From Octopus vulgaris (lineage: Eukaryota), in contig OX597838.1 of the NCBI GenBank assembly GCA_951406725.2, forward strand, positions 14,694,001-14,758,000: DNA of 64,000 bases, given 5' to 3'. Below the pieces are notes generated by a model, which saw nothing but the letters and a program-made list of their open reading frames with translations, was not told the DNA's origin and ran no database searches. The position numbers and the translations under genes were made by a program. Positions 29,267 through 42,689 of the stretch are shown piece by piece (within the stretch, counting starts at the first letter, position 1; the number at the start of each line of letters is the position of its first letter).

Positions 29267-31642
29267 GCCTTAGTAGTCCATTGACTATTGCTTTAAGTAC
29301 AATGGAATCATTGTAGAATTTGATTTCCACAAAAATTTTGTGATTGAGGGTGACTTAACTGTAGAAGTTGGAACGTCTCTGGCCAACCAAATCATCATTC
29401 TAACAATATTGTTGTTTTTTTTTTATCACTTAGTCAAAGAGAGAAGGCAGTGTCTATGGCCCTGTTGTAAGGCCTCTTGTGATTGGTTGGCAGGGAAAGG
29501 AGGGAGCTATTCTTAGACATAGGACCTTGCCTGAATGTTTGCAACAGAGTGGGCATCATTAAAGGGATGCACTGAAGAGTCAGGTGGGGATATTAAATCA
29601 GAAAGCGACAAAGTATGTGTGAAAGAATGAGAGACAAGTAGGCGGACAGACAAAGCTAGTTGCGGTTTTTCCCATCCTAGCAGGTTTTAACCCTCTACAT
29701 AATATGCTATTATGAGTATTAGAATTAACCTTCACATATATTCTTAATATAGACTTATTTACATATTTCTTGATATTTCTACTTTTGCTGTCTGAATGCT
29801 AACAAATGGTTTTGCTGGTTAGATCGGTGGTTTTCAACCATTTTTTTGCCCATGGACTTGTTTGATTCCTATTTTATTCTACCGGACCCTCAGCTATTCA
29901 ATGTTTAAAAAATCCTATAAAACTTTTATAATTAGATATTATTAGGAATTGTATAAAAAAAAAATTTCTTAAAATATTTTGTGTATTGTAGAAGTATAAA
30001 CCAATTTATTGGGGATGAATTTTAACATCAAAATCTTATATTGACCCCAACTAAGGGTTTTATGGACTGCATTTCGGACCCACAGAGTTAGATGAAAGAT
30101 TTGATAGAAGTCATATACGAAATAAATAAAATACTACATGCACACTTGTACATGATGAACAAAGTGAATAACAATAGTAATAATAATAAAGAGAAAATAA
30201 TTTCTAAATCTCTGAATGAGAGATTAACAGTAACAATGGTCCTAACCAGAACTGCCACATTATGTTGGCAAATAATCTTTACTCAATAAGAATAATCCTT
30301 TCTATTAATACATGTATTTAATGCTGCCAAGGTCAACTTAGTCTTTCAGTCCCAGTTCAATATTGCGGTTGGCCCTTCTGTTACCTTCATCTCCCACTTT
30401 CCGTTTCTTTTCTTATCTCTTGCTCTAGAGATATCAGCTGTGATCAGACCCTGAAGAGGAATTGGATCTGCCAGTTTAACCCTTTAGTGTTCTGATTATT
30501 GTATCAAACATAATGCTTACTGATTCACATTGATTTGAATTAATCATGCATTATCTCATATCTTCAAGATCTTGATGGTGTAATTACCTAATGTAGAATA
30601 ACATTGTTGGGTAGGTGAGAGAGCCTGGATCTGGTCAGTTTGAACATAAAATAGATTAAATATTTTGGCCGGATATGGCCGGTTTAAATACTAAAGGGTT
30701 AAATGCCCAAAATATGTCATGTTATGATTATGCCCTTATGACTCCTTTGAGAATTGAAGGCTCAAAATATTCAAAGCTGAAATTCCCTCAATCATTGCTG
30801 TTTGTTAAACCCCGATCCAGCTGACCTGTGGTCAACAAACTCTTTCAGTCATGCCTACCGCATCCTTTTCTTTGCTGCTGATTATTTAGAACCGTGCCTG
30901 CCGTCCACATTGTCCATCTCTCTCTCTCTTTCAAAATGGTGGGGTGTGATTTTCTGGGAGAATTGGCTGTTATTTTTAGTAGAACTTGTCTGTTTTGTAT
31001 AGATGATTGCATGGCTCTATGTAAATTGTATGGATTGATGTGTGACAGATGTATTGCTATTGTTTTTTTTTAACTCCATATCGATCCCCTATGTTGCAGA
31101 TCTCACAAACCTGTGATCAAAAGCATTCCGGCTATGACCAACCTCACTTTTTCAGGGTTGTCATGGCCTATATCCAGTGTGTCAGTTTTTTGAGACAAAA
31201 GACACAAAAGTGCAATTTCGGTGATGTCTAGCTACAACTTTTATTAGGTGGGGGGGCGGGGGGCGGGGGGTGGGGGGGCTACATAATGTTACTCCCTTAT
31301 TTGGTCATGTGACAGATGTGTTCTATAGAGCCATTTATTGAAATACTACCACTGCTGCTGCTGCTGCTACTTCCAGAATTAGTTCACTTGGTGACATGTG
31401 GTGTTATTAAATATAATGGACCAGCAAAAAGCAGAAATGGAAACAGCCCACCTTTCAAAATGTTTTTTTTTCTATTCATCTGTTGCTGTTGTCGTAGAGC
31501 AAGCTGTGTCATTTTGTTGTGTTTAAATATAAATTGTTGGCACTTTTGTATTGTATTGTATTGTATGTGTGTGTGTGTGTGTGTGTTCATGTGTATTTGC
31601 TCTCTCTCATTAATGTGTGTGTGTGTGTGTGTGTGTGTGTGA

Positions 31643-31985
31643 AGGCACATAGCTCAGTGGTTTAGAGCATCAGGTTCGCAATCATAAGGTAGTGAGTTCG
31701 ATTCTTGAACTCGGCTGCGTGTTGTGTTCTTGAGCAAGGCACTTTATTTCACATTGCTCCAGTTCGTTCAGCTGTAGAAATGAGTTGTGATATCACTGGT
31801 GCCAAGCTGTATCGACCCCTTTGCTCTTTCCCTTGGATAACATTGTTGGCATAGAGAGAGGAGGCTGGTATGCATGGGCAACTGCTGGTCTTCCATAAAC
31901 AGCCTTGCCCAGATTTGTGCCTCGGAAGGTAACTTTCTAGGTGCAATCCCATGGTCATTTACGACTGAAGGGAGTCTTTACCCTA
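31643..31985 (+). mobile_element. tRNA-derived SINE family D
   Basis: A-box tagctcagtggtt, B-box gagttcgattc, core ttgagcaaggcactttatttcacattgctccag. Copies at 25128-25452(-), 53664-53969(-) and 60684-61022(-). Confidence 0.85.
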
Positions 31986-32868
31986 CACACAGACACAGAG
32001 GTTTGTGGCTTAGATGTTGGACCCATGATTATAATATTGTGCATTGTGTTCTTGAGCAAGACGCTTCATTTCACATTGCTCACATCCACTCTGCCAGCAA
32101 AAATGTGTAATCCTGCAGTAGACTAGGACTAAAATATATGCCACTTGAGAAGGATGCTTTATACACACACACACACATATATAAAATGTCGTTTTGTGTT
32201 TGATCTTTCTACGTGAACCTTGGGTAAATGTTTTTTATAACCCTGAATTGAGCAGTAGCTTGTAATTGGAATTTGTTGAATAGAAACTGTGTTGGAGTCG
32301 AAATGTGTATGTGTTTATGTTCCATAAATGACAGATTAAAATGTGTGCTGGAATCAATATGACTGACTAAATCTTTGAAAGTAGTGCCCTGGCATGGTCG
32401 CAGTCCAATGACTGAAACCGGCAAAGAAAGAATATGTATATTCACTTGTCTGTTTTTGACTGTTTGACTGTACAGCTGAATTATTAACAACTGGTGGATA
32501 TATTTGCTACAGTTATTAAAGTTCTATAAACCAGGACATTGATCGTGTGTCGTTTGTAATTGAGAGACAGGCTGAACTTTAATCACAGTTCTACTGTCAT
32601 TCTGCATTCTCAGTATCTTATCTAACTATTTATATTGATATATCTACTCTTGATTTATCTAAAACATCTATTTTCAGCTTGATGTCTCACAATCATGCCT
32701 GCGAAAAATCAGTGCATAAAACCTTTGATTCCAGACTCCACCCGCTCCAATTCCTCAGTTTGTAATTAGACTAATCATATACTTCTTGTATTAATCGAAA
32801 GTTCACACAACACATGAAGGGATGCTGAAAGTTCCTTGCTTTGGGGGAAAATACAGGATGATCAGTTA

Positions 32869-33203
32869 ATTTTTTTATTTTATTTTATCTAGTTTCAGCT
32901 CACGAGCTGTAGCCATGCTGGGGCACCGCCATTTGGTGTTGCTATATGATTTTACTTCACGAATGCTTTTTAGCAATTGCCATTTGGTGCATGAGAGAGT
33001 TCAATGCAGCTGCCCTCATCTGCACCTCCTGCCGTGAAGTTGGTTCATCTGGGATACCTGACAGGAAGAGATCCAGTTTTATTTTAAGACATCTGCATCC
33101 ACCCCATACAGGTTCTTCGGGAGGATATTGAAGAGCTGTGGGTCTCTGACGCCCAGGCTATCACAGTATCTTGTCCTACATCTTGATGGCAAATTTGGAG
33201 TCC
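32869..33203 (-). mobile_element. 5'-truncated CR1-clade LINE (ORF2 C-terminus plus 3' UTR), inserted in a mariner MITE
   Basis: Minus strand translates ...YCDSLGVRDPQLFNILPKNL.../KIKLDLFLSGIPDEPTSRQEVQMRAAALNSLMHQ. 3' end ggcggtgccccagcatggctacagctcgtgagctgaaactag followed by (ATAAA)n. Confidence 0.8.
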
Positions 33204-33880
33204 TTGGCTTTATTTAATATATTCCCTTCTCAGATTTACACACTTGTTGCAGCAGTCCTTCAGTTTTTCTAAACCCTGTAAAAGAGCTCAGAAGGTTGGG
33301 CCTTTAACCAGGCCTTTTGCAATACCCTTAAAGCCAGAAACTTTTCAGCACCCCCTTGTACATGGTGTGGGAATCAGCAGGATACTCTTTAGTTAGTACC
33401 TGTATTAACTCTTAACATCCTTATCTGATTTTCTTAAGTCTAAAGCTCAGTCTTGTTATGATTGAGAGAAAAAAAATACCTAAAAATGGATTTGTTTATA
33501 CAAATGTTTATCACGGATTTATTTGTGGTCAGATTAGAGTTAAAATTGGCAATTTTTCAGAAAAGACATTTTTTTTCTTTATGTAAATAATCATTTGTGC
33601 TAAAAATTATACGTGGTTGTTAATTACATAATTATAACTAAACAACAGGATACACTAAAAAAGAAAAAAGATGATGAAAATGACGATGTTAGTAATAAGT
33701 TTAATGTGATTCAGTTGTAGACTTGGACAAACATCACAAACAAAATATCAAATGTTTTTCTCTGATCGTTTGCAATTTTTATCTTTGTGAAATTTACAAC
33801 TAAACTGAGTTAACCCCTTCACAAACAACATACCCAGGTATGCACAAAAGTTTTAATTAGAAAAAAAAAAACACACACAT

Positions 33881-34289
33881 AGGCGCAGGAGTGGCTGTGT
33901 GGTAAGTAGCTTGCTAAACAACCACATGGTTCCGGGTTCAGTCTCACTGCGTGGCATCTTGGGCAAGTGTCTTCTGCTATAGCCCTGGGCCGACCAATGC
34001 CCTGTGAGTGGATTTGGTAGATGGAAACTGAAAGAAGCCTATCGTATATATGTATATATATATATGTATGTGTGTGTGCTTGTGTGTCTGTGTTTGTCCC
34101 CCTAGCATTGCTTGACAACCGATGCTGGTGTGTTTACGTCCCCGTCACTTAGCGGTTCGGCAAAAGAGACTGATAGAATAAGTACTGGGCTTACAAAGAA
34201 TAAGTCCCGGGGTCGATTTGCTCGACTAAAGGCGGTGCTCCAGCATGGCCGCAGTCAAATGACTGAAACAAGTAAAAGAGAGAGAGAGA
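33881..34289 (+). mobile_element. SINE family A, full length (reference copy)
   Basis: ggcgcaggagtggctgtgtggtaag (A-box) ... gggttcagtc (B-box) ... (TA)(TG) ... ggcggtgctccagcatggccgcagtcaaatgactgaaacaagtaaaagag. Confidence 0.92.
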
Positions 34290-35197
34290 CACACTATACA
34301 AAACACTGGGAAAATTCGGCTAAATGTGAGTAATTTTTAATAACATTACAAAATGTAAATAATTGCTAGATGAAAGGATTGATGTTTGCTTCCTCAGATT
34401 AGAGAGTTCATAAGTTCGTTTTAAACAAATGTAAAGGAGCTTGGGTTTGATTCGGGTTGTATAAGACTAACAGTTCGTTGTTGGACAGATTTGTGTCGTA
34501 CAGGATAAGTATGGGTTCAAAGGCTTCTTTGATTACTGTTTATAAAAGAAGATACAAGCAATTAGGCAAAAGACAAACTTAGAAAAAATGGTGAAAAACA
34601 AAATAAAGGTGGTTTTTAAATAAAAAGAAAGGAAGAAAGAAAGGTGTATAAGAAGGAAAGCAAAATTATAAAACTAAATATGATGAAATAAACTTGGGAA
34701 CATCTTTGTTTACGAGTTCAAAAATCTAAGTAAAGTACATCAAAGTTAAAACTAAAAAAAACTGAACACCTAAAGCAACGAAATAATTATCTGACTATTT
34801 TAAAAGAAATAAACTCAATTAGATTGATGAAACTCAATAAGATAGATAACCTTTCCTTTTCAAGATTAAAGCATTCGTTGTTTGATGACAGAATTTAAGT
34901 GAATATAAACATGAAAGAAAAAACAAATATATATTGTAAAAAAAAAAAAAATTGAAAAATTTTGTTTCAAAGAAATGTATTTAAGAAATGTTATATCTGT
35001 ATAATTATTTGTATTACTATAAATTTAAACTGTGAAGCAAGAAAGAAATAGATTAATCAAATAAGTATCAGTGAAATAAAAAATTTTGATGTATGTGTAG
35101 TTTGCTTTTTGTTAGTCGGTAGATTTTTGCTGACTTCAACTCCATAACTATCCAACAATTACTTCTAACTTTGACTCTACGTCCTCGATAATGGAGC

Positions 35198-35821
35198 TTA
35201 ACCATTTCGTTATCGACCCAGCTGAAACCGGCTCTGGCCCTGTTGTACAAATGTCTTGTTTTCATAAGTTTTGAATTAAAATCTTCCACCAAACCTTAGT
35301 CACAATTTATGTTCCTAACACTAGCTGAAAAATAACTAAGTTATTTTACTAAATTCTTTGCTATATTTAACCCTTTCGTTACCAACCCAGCTGAAACCGG
35401 CCCTGGCTCTGTAATACAAATGTCTTGTTTTCATAAGTTTTGAATTAACTCTTTAGCATTTAAACCGGCCATATCCAGCTAAAAGTATTCTGCCTGTTTT
35501 ATGTTCAAACTGGTCAGATCTGGTCTCTCACACCAACCCTACAATATCATTTTAAAAATTAACAGTTACCTCATCAAAATCTCATAGTTACAAGATAATG
35601 CATGATTAGTTCAAAACACTGTGGATAAAAAAGGATTAATTTTGGCAGAATAATGTGAACACTAAAGGGTTAAAATCTTCCACCAAACCTTAGTCACAAT
35701 TTATGTTCCTAACATTAGCTGAAAGATAACTAAGTTATTTTACTAAATTCTTTTGTTAAATTTAAAGTAATTGAAACAAACACAGAGCATCTCAAAAGAA
35801 ATACAGTAACGAAAGGGTTAA
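35198..35821. mobile_element. Nested TTAA MITEs: family F (TIR CCCTTTCGTTAC) twice, with family E inserted
   Basis: TTAA junctions at 35198, 35367, 35445, 35670 and 35818; the F body resumes (aatcttccaccaaacc) after the E copy. Confidence 0.88.
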
Positions 35822-36159
35822 TACCCAAACAATTAGTGAGATATCAGTTTCACACCTCACAGCTGGTGATATATCATACAAACTGTCAGGTAATAAAAAA
35901 GAAAAGTGGGCGGTGGCAGGTGAATGTCTCTAGGCTTAAACATTATAAACAAAAAGGAACTGTTTAGAGTTATGTGTAACATACATTTATGAATTTTTTA
36001 TTTTGCAAGATTCCTGATGTGAAATCGTGTGTTGAAACAAATATTGTTGTATTTTGGGAGGGTCATTTTTTTTTGTTTTCTTGCCAAATAATCACATGCA
36101 CTGATATTTGTTCTTCATGCGTGTGTTTATTTGGCAAGAAATAAAAAAAAAAATGACCA

Positions 36160-36569
36160 AGACGCAGGAGTGGCTGTGTGGTAAGTAGCTTGCTAACCAA
36201 CCACATGGTTCCGGGTTCAGTCCCACTGCGTGGCATCTTGGGCAAGTGTCTTCTGCTATAGCCCCGGGCCGACCTATGCCTTGTGAGTGAATTTGGTAGA
36301 CGGAAACTGAAAGAAGCCTGTCGTATATATGTATATATATATATGTATGTGTGTGTGTTTGTGTGTCTGTGTTTGTCCCTCTAGCATTGCTTGACAATCG
36401 ATGCTGGTGTGTTTATGTCGCTGTCACTTAGCGGTTCGGCAAAAGGGACCGATCGAATAAGTACTGGGCTTACAAAGAATAAGTTCCGGGATCGATTTGC
36501 TTGACTAAAGGTGGTGCTCCAGCATGGCCGCAGTCAAATGACTGAAACAAGTAAAAGAGTAAAAGAGTA
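36160..36569 (+). mobile_element. SINE family A, full length
   Basis: Near-identical to 33881-34289. Confidence 0.92.
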
Positions 36570-36952
36570 TCCGAAAATGTAACAATATAATAACATAGAT
36601 TATATTGTAACTGATTCTGGATTTTGGTGCCATTGTGCAGCACTTTGCACATATCTTCTGTTGTTGCCTCAGGCCAACAAAAACCGTTTGGGTGGATTTA
36701 GTAGATGGGAAACTGCAAGAAGCCCATTGTGTGTGTGTGTGCATGCGTGTGTCCTTGTTTTAGCGTCACATAGTGATTGTAAGCGAGGACCACCATTATA
36801 CAAGTGGTGCTGTCTGCTTTCAATCTTCCATGAAAACGTGCTTGGCTATGAGAAATATTACCTTAATTGGAAACAGATGACGATCAGCAACAAGAAGGGG
36901 ATCCAGCCACAGAGAATCTGCCTTAACAAATTCTGCTTGATCAATACAAGCA

Positions 36953-37076
36953 ATACTACTACTACAAATACTACTACCACCACTACCACTACTACCACCA
37001 CTACTACTACCACTACTAATACTACTACTACTACTACAAATAATGCTACTACTACTACTACTACTACTGCTGCTAC
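36953..37076. repeat. (ACT/ACC)n trinucleotide microsatellite
   Basis: Direct reading; yields the poly-Thr ORF artefact. Confidence 0.9.
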
Positions 37077-39060
37077 TGTCGTAAGTGTTCAGGTGTGTGT
37101 TTATAACATAACTGCTTTTAGAATACTGTCACCCCCACCTTCACACACACAGAGCCTTTGGCAGGGAAAATGGTCTTAAAACATATTTTGGAAGAAGAGA
37201 AAGTCTAAATGTTTTGGAGACTAGACAGATGAAGATGTCAACTGGTTTTGAAGGATAAATTAGGATCAATAAGAAGAGATCTAAGTGTTCTGCTCATTCT
37301 ATAAGTATGTGAACCCTTAACATAATTCTTGGGCGAATCAGCCTGGCACAGTGTGATAAGGGCGAATGCTTTGAATTACAAGTACAAACCATCCAGTGAG
37401 CAGGGTACACAGGTTCTGTACACAGTTTGACTGATTGAGTTTCTCTGCTTGAGAATTACATTAACCCTTTAGTGTTTGCAATTAGTCTGCCAAAATTAAT
37501 GCTTCTTCATCCACATTGTTTTGAACTAATCATGCATCATCTTGTAGTTATGAGATTTTGATGAGGTAGCTGTTAATTTTTAAGACGATATTGTAGGGTT
37601 GGTGTGAGAGACCAGATCTGGACAGTTTGAACATAAAACAGGCAGAATACTTTTGGCCGGATATGGCCGGTTTAGATGCTAAAGGGTTAAGGATGGATGC
37701 TCGGGGTAGATGCTAGTGGAATGTTCAGCTACCTACGCATTAAATCTAATGAGCAGGTAATTCAGTCGATCAAGGAAACTGACTAGGATTCATCTTAATG
37801 AGAGATGAGGAGGAGGAAGAGGCAAGAGAGAAAAGGGACATGCAACAAGTGTTGGGGGAGGTTGGGAGATACAATAACTAGCCTCAGTACAGTATTTTTT
37901 GATGAGGTTACTTAATGATAGGAAAGCAGTACTGACACTTACTTAATATATTGGTTTCAAATTTTGGCACAAGGCCAGCAATTCGGGGGAAGGGGTCAGT
38001 TACATCAGCCTCAGCATTCAACTGGTCCTTATTTTATCAACCCCAAAATGATGAGAGGTGAAGTCGGCCTTTGCAGAATTTGAACTCAGAATGTAAAGAC
38101 GGACAAAATGACGTAAACCGTTTTGCCCAGCTTTGCTAACAGTTCTGCCAGTCGCTAATATATTGGATTGCTGCTAGCCAACTAGAGAGAGCTCAACAGT
38201 GCTAGAAATAGCAGTAAAAATATCCTTCAAATCAAGCCCTTTTTTTTTTTTTTTTTAACATTAGTGTAAGATAGGAAGGGTGCGAGAAAGGGTGTTGTTC
38301 ACTGCTGGAACATTGATCGGGTCTGCTTGTTTGTTGGCTGATCTAGGGGTTAAACCAGAACTATTTCTGCTGCAGCTGCTGCCACCACCACCACCACCAC
38401 CACCACCACTACTACTGTCATAAGTGCTCAGTTTGTGTGTGTGTGTATGTGTGTATGTGTGATCAAGCCATCTTCTCTGTCAATACTTGTTTACTGTAGG
38501 AGAATCTATGTTTGTCGTCAGCTCCAGTTTCATTTATTTGTATGTATATCAAGTAGCTATCATCATCATCATCATCATCGTCACAATATCAGAATATTAT
38601 TTCTTTCTAGGGTCATATTTATTACTCCCCCCACCAACCAATGCTAGATCTATTAAATATGTTAACACTTATGTCTGTCTGTGTATCTGCTGAATTATGG
38701 GTCTCAACACATTTTTTTTTTCTACTTTGTGTTTTTATTTACTTTTTGTTTTGCTTCTTGTATTAATAATTTTCGCGCTCGTGCAATTATATTCTGTGCT
38801 GCGGAAATTGTTGTTTCTCATCCTTGTCCCTCTTGAGAGAGAGAGAGAGAGAGGGTTTCAGTCATTAGAGTATGGTCTGCGTTGGGGTTTAGTCAAATAA
38901 ATTGACCTCGGTGTTTTCTTCTTTTTAAAGCCTGGTATGTATTCTATTGATATCTTTGGTTGAATTGCTAAGTTATGGCATTTTGAACAAACTAACACCA
39001 GTGGCTAAGCAATGGTGGGGAGCAAATACAAAGACATTCACACACATACCTATCTATCTA

Positions 39061-39095
<35 letters not shown>

Positions 39096-39164
39096 GCATA
39101 GGTGTGTATGTATGTATGTGTGTATATATATATATATATATAGATCAAAACAGTTTGATTTCTC

Positions 39165-39194
<30 letters not shown>

Positions 39195-39197
<3 letters not shown>

Positions 39198-39301
39198 CAA
39201 AACAGTTTGATTCAAATTTGTTGGTATTCTTGAGTTTCAAGTGTTGATGCTAGTCTTGAAACTCGAGAGCACCAACGAATTTGAATCAAACTATTTTGAT
39301 C
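39195..39301. repeat. 47-bp near-perfect inverted repeat with a 13-nt loop
   Basis: Arms 39195-39241 and 39255-39301 with 5 mismatches. Confidence 0.9.
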
Positions 39302-41874
39302 CATACAATAAATTGATCGAGTGCCCTTCCTTTGTTTGTCATCTCACTGATGTGTGTGTGCGTGTGTGTACACGCCTACACACACAATGAGCTTCCACAC
39401 TATTTCCATCTGCCAAATTCTCTACCAAACTGGTGTCTGCCTGGGGCTATAGTAGAAGACACTTGTTTGAAGTGCTGAGCAGTGGGACTGAACCCGAAAC
39501 CATATAGTTGCAAAGTGAGTTTCTTAATCATACCTCCACATTTTCTTAGAGAGAGAGAGAGAGAGAGAGAGAGAAAATACAGGCCAAAAATACAGGTTCT
39601 TTAAACTAGGATATAAAAATAACTAGTATTGTTATGTGAGCAGTGTATAAAACAGTCACTGGGCAAATTGGCCTGTGAGATTTTTCTGAATAACTTACCC
39701 AACAAAGAATTGCTTTGAATTTTTCTATTAGTACTGTCTACCTGATGATGGGCCATGTGTTCATGCTGCCTGCTCCTTGAGAAAGGCTGCTCATACTTGA
39801 TTTAAACTGTCTTTGTGTATCTCAGGGTATTTCTCATTCATTATATATTTGCTTTTAATCAGTGACATCAATATTTCTAGTTTGATGGGTTTTTTAAATA
39901 TGTTCTGTCCTATTAAATATGCTGACACTAAGTCATTTATTGCTGTTAGCAATATTTATTAGGCTGTTTGAAATGTTAACACGCTGGGCAAAATGCTTAG
40001 CGGCATTTCATCCATCCTTACATTCTGAGTTCAAATTCTGCCGAGATCGACTTTGCCCTTCATCCTTCCAGGGTTGATAAAATAAGTACCAGCTGAGTAC
40101 TGGGGTTCATGTAATCAACTATCACCCTTCCCATGGACTTGCTGGCCTTGTGCCAAACTTTGAAACCAATATTTATTAGACTGTCATCATTGCTTTTCTC
40201 AGAGTGTTGACATTGGAATAACGCATTTATCTACTGTCATCACTATTTCTTTTTGCATGAGGAATACTCAACCAGCAAGGGAATCTCTTGTAGAGCTGCC
40301 AGAAGTAGAACCACATTCTTAACCCTTTAGCATTTAAACTGGCCATATTTGACCCAAATATTCTACTTGTTTTATGTTCAAACTGGTCAGATTCAGCCTC
40401 TCACACCGACCCTAAAATGTCACTCTAAAAATATACAATTATAACATTGAAATCTCAAACTTACAAGATAATGTAGGATAAATTCAAAACAATGTGGATA
40501 AATAAGCATTACATTTGACAAAATAATGTGAAAGTTAAAGGGTTCATCCTCTGTGTAAGAAATTATCTAACCCTTTAGCATTAAAACCGACCATATGTGG
40601 CCCAAATATTCTACTTGTTTTATGCTCAAACTGACCAGATCCAGCCTCTCACTCTTCTGCTACAATGTCATTTTAAAGATATACAATCACATCATTGAAA
40701 TCTCAATGTTACAAGGTAATGCAATGATTAATTCAAAACAATGTGAATAAATAAGCATTACATTTGAAAGAGTAATCTGAATTCTAAATGATCACTAGAC
40801 AAAGAAATACCAATGAGAAAACTGCTATGTGGTCACTCAGTCTCCTAGGGCTATAGCCGCTAAATTTCCCTCAAATCACGCAAGTCTTGCTCAATCAGGG
40901 CGGCTTGCATGTGGCCAAGTACTAACACCAAAAATAGCCATTTAACAATTTCCTATATGAGCAAATTAGATATTTAGGCCACCAAGTTTACCAGAAACAG
41001 ACACTTTAGTACTCTTCTCTCTTCACAGCCCTTGATGACCTCCCTCTCTGAACTTCCTGTCACTCTGGGAGCTAATTAGAGATCTTCTCCCAATGTGGGT
41101 ACGAGGAGAAGGGGTTGTACTGTTGAAAAAGATACCAATTGCTGTTCCCTTTATCTTTGTCTTATCAGCTAAATATTCCCAAGTAGAGTTCCTCCATATA
41201 AGGAGTCTAGGTAAACAATAAAACTCAATTGAAACAAGCACCAGGTACCATGAACCTCCTTTGCCAAAGTAGTTCTTTCTTTCATAGAACTAGAATTGAA
41301 AGTGTGATTCTTTCTTTTTTTTTTTTTTTTTTTTCTTTTTGTAAGATATCATGCTTTGATTAACCAGTCATTAATGTTATGGAAGTCATTTAGCTATCTT
41401 TTTACATTATCAAACATTGCTTTGGCAACTTGAAATAAAAACAGAACTTCATGTTTGAAGGAATGATGTTTCTTGTTTCTGTGGGCTGTTATGCCTTTCA
41501 AATAACCCTTATTGTGTCAGAGAGAGAGAGAGAGAGAGAAATGAGGGGTGGAGAAAGGGTAAGAGAAATAGAGTGCTAGTTGAATTTTACTTTTGATACT
41601 GGTCGGATCTGATGAAGTTGCTGAACCATGAAAGTATGTTATGTAGGATATTATCAAAATATGTTTTAAGTCCCTCACCCACTTAACCATCACCTTACTT
41701 ATCAGGGACCATCATTTTCTTCCTGTTTCAACTCCACTGTTTTCTGTTTCAAATTGAATGTTCTCAAACTGTAGTCTTCAAACATGAATCTATGAACTTC
41801 ATACACGTATTGCCTACAAATATGTATATAAAAATAACTTTATACACAAATTATCTGTAATATTTTTGTGGTGT

Positions 41875-42250
41875 GTTTGTGTGGTAAGAAGCTTGCTTTC
41901 CAACCACATAGTTCCAGGTTCAGTCCCACTGCATGGCACCTTAGGCAAGTGTCTTCTACTATAGCCTCGGACTGACCAAAGCCTTGTGAGTGGATTTGGT
42001 AGTTGGAAACTGAAAGAAGCCTGCTATGTGTGTGTGTGTCTGTGTTTGTCCTCCACCATCTCTTAATATCCAGTGTTGATGTGTTTACGTCCCTGTAACT
42101 TAGCAGTCCAGCAACAGAGACCAATAGAATAAGATATCTGGCTTAAAAAAAAAAAAAGATATAGGTATTTGGGTTCAATCCATTCGACTAAAAATTCTTC
42201 AAAGCAGTATCCAGAATAACCACAGTCCAATGACCGAAACAACTTAAAAG
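41875..42250 (+). mobile_element. SINE family A, diverged
   Basis: Head, core and tail are all recognisable. Confidence 0.8.
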
Positions 42251-42689
42251 ATCAAAATAAGAAGACACACAGTGCATTTATTTCAATGCAAGATAAAGAA
42301 GGGTAAAAAAAAGTATTCTCCCTCAAATAGGTGAGGTAACTTAATCTCTGGATAGAATTCATTGGATATTTGCAAAAAAGAATTCAGGACTAGAAAACAC
42401 CAAACAAATAGAAATATTAAGTAATAAATTTTACACTGTAAGGGGTTGGAAGAAGAGGTGGGCAGGGGGAGTGGGTTCCGACATTTGAGGCAGAAGTCCT
42501 TTTTCTCTCTCTGTCTCACAAGTACAGGCAATAGTCTGAAACCTTGAACTCCTCTATTTCTTCTAAACTGGAAGAATTAATTCCCTTCTAAGGCTGTTTG
42601 TTGTTTTTACTGATGTTTTTATTGTATCTGATACATGTAATATGTTTTTGTACGTGTGTGTGTGTGTGTGTGTGCACATATGTGTATAT

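Noticed and set aside
34320-35190. AT-rich stretch that may be a decayed DNA-transposon coding region
   Set aside because: No open frame or motif that I can identify with confidence; it needs a tblastx or Dfam search.
36661-37179. 172-aa Thr-rich mucin-like ORF
   Set aside because: Composed of a SINE remnant plus an (ACT)n microsatellite.
41608-41635. CTGATGA...GAAA hammerhead-like string
   Set aside because: No convincing stem I or stem II pairing.
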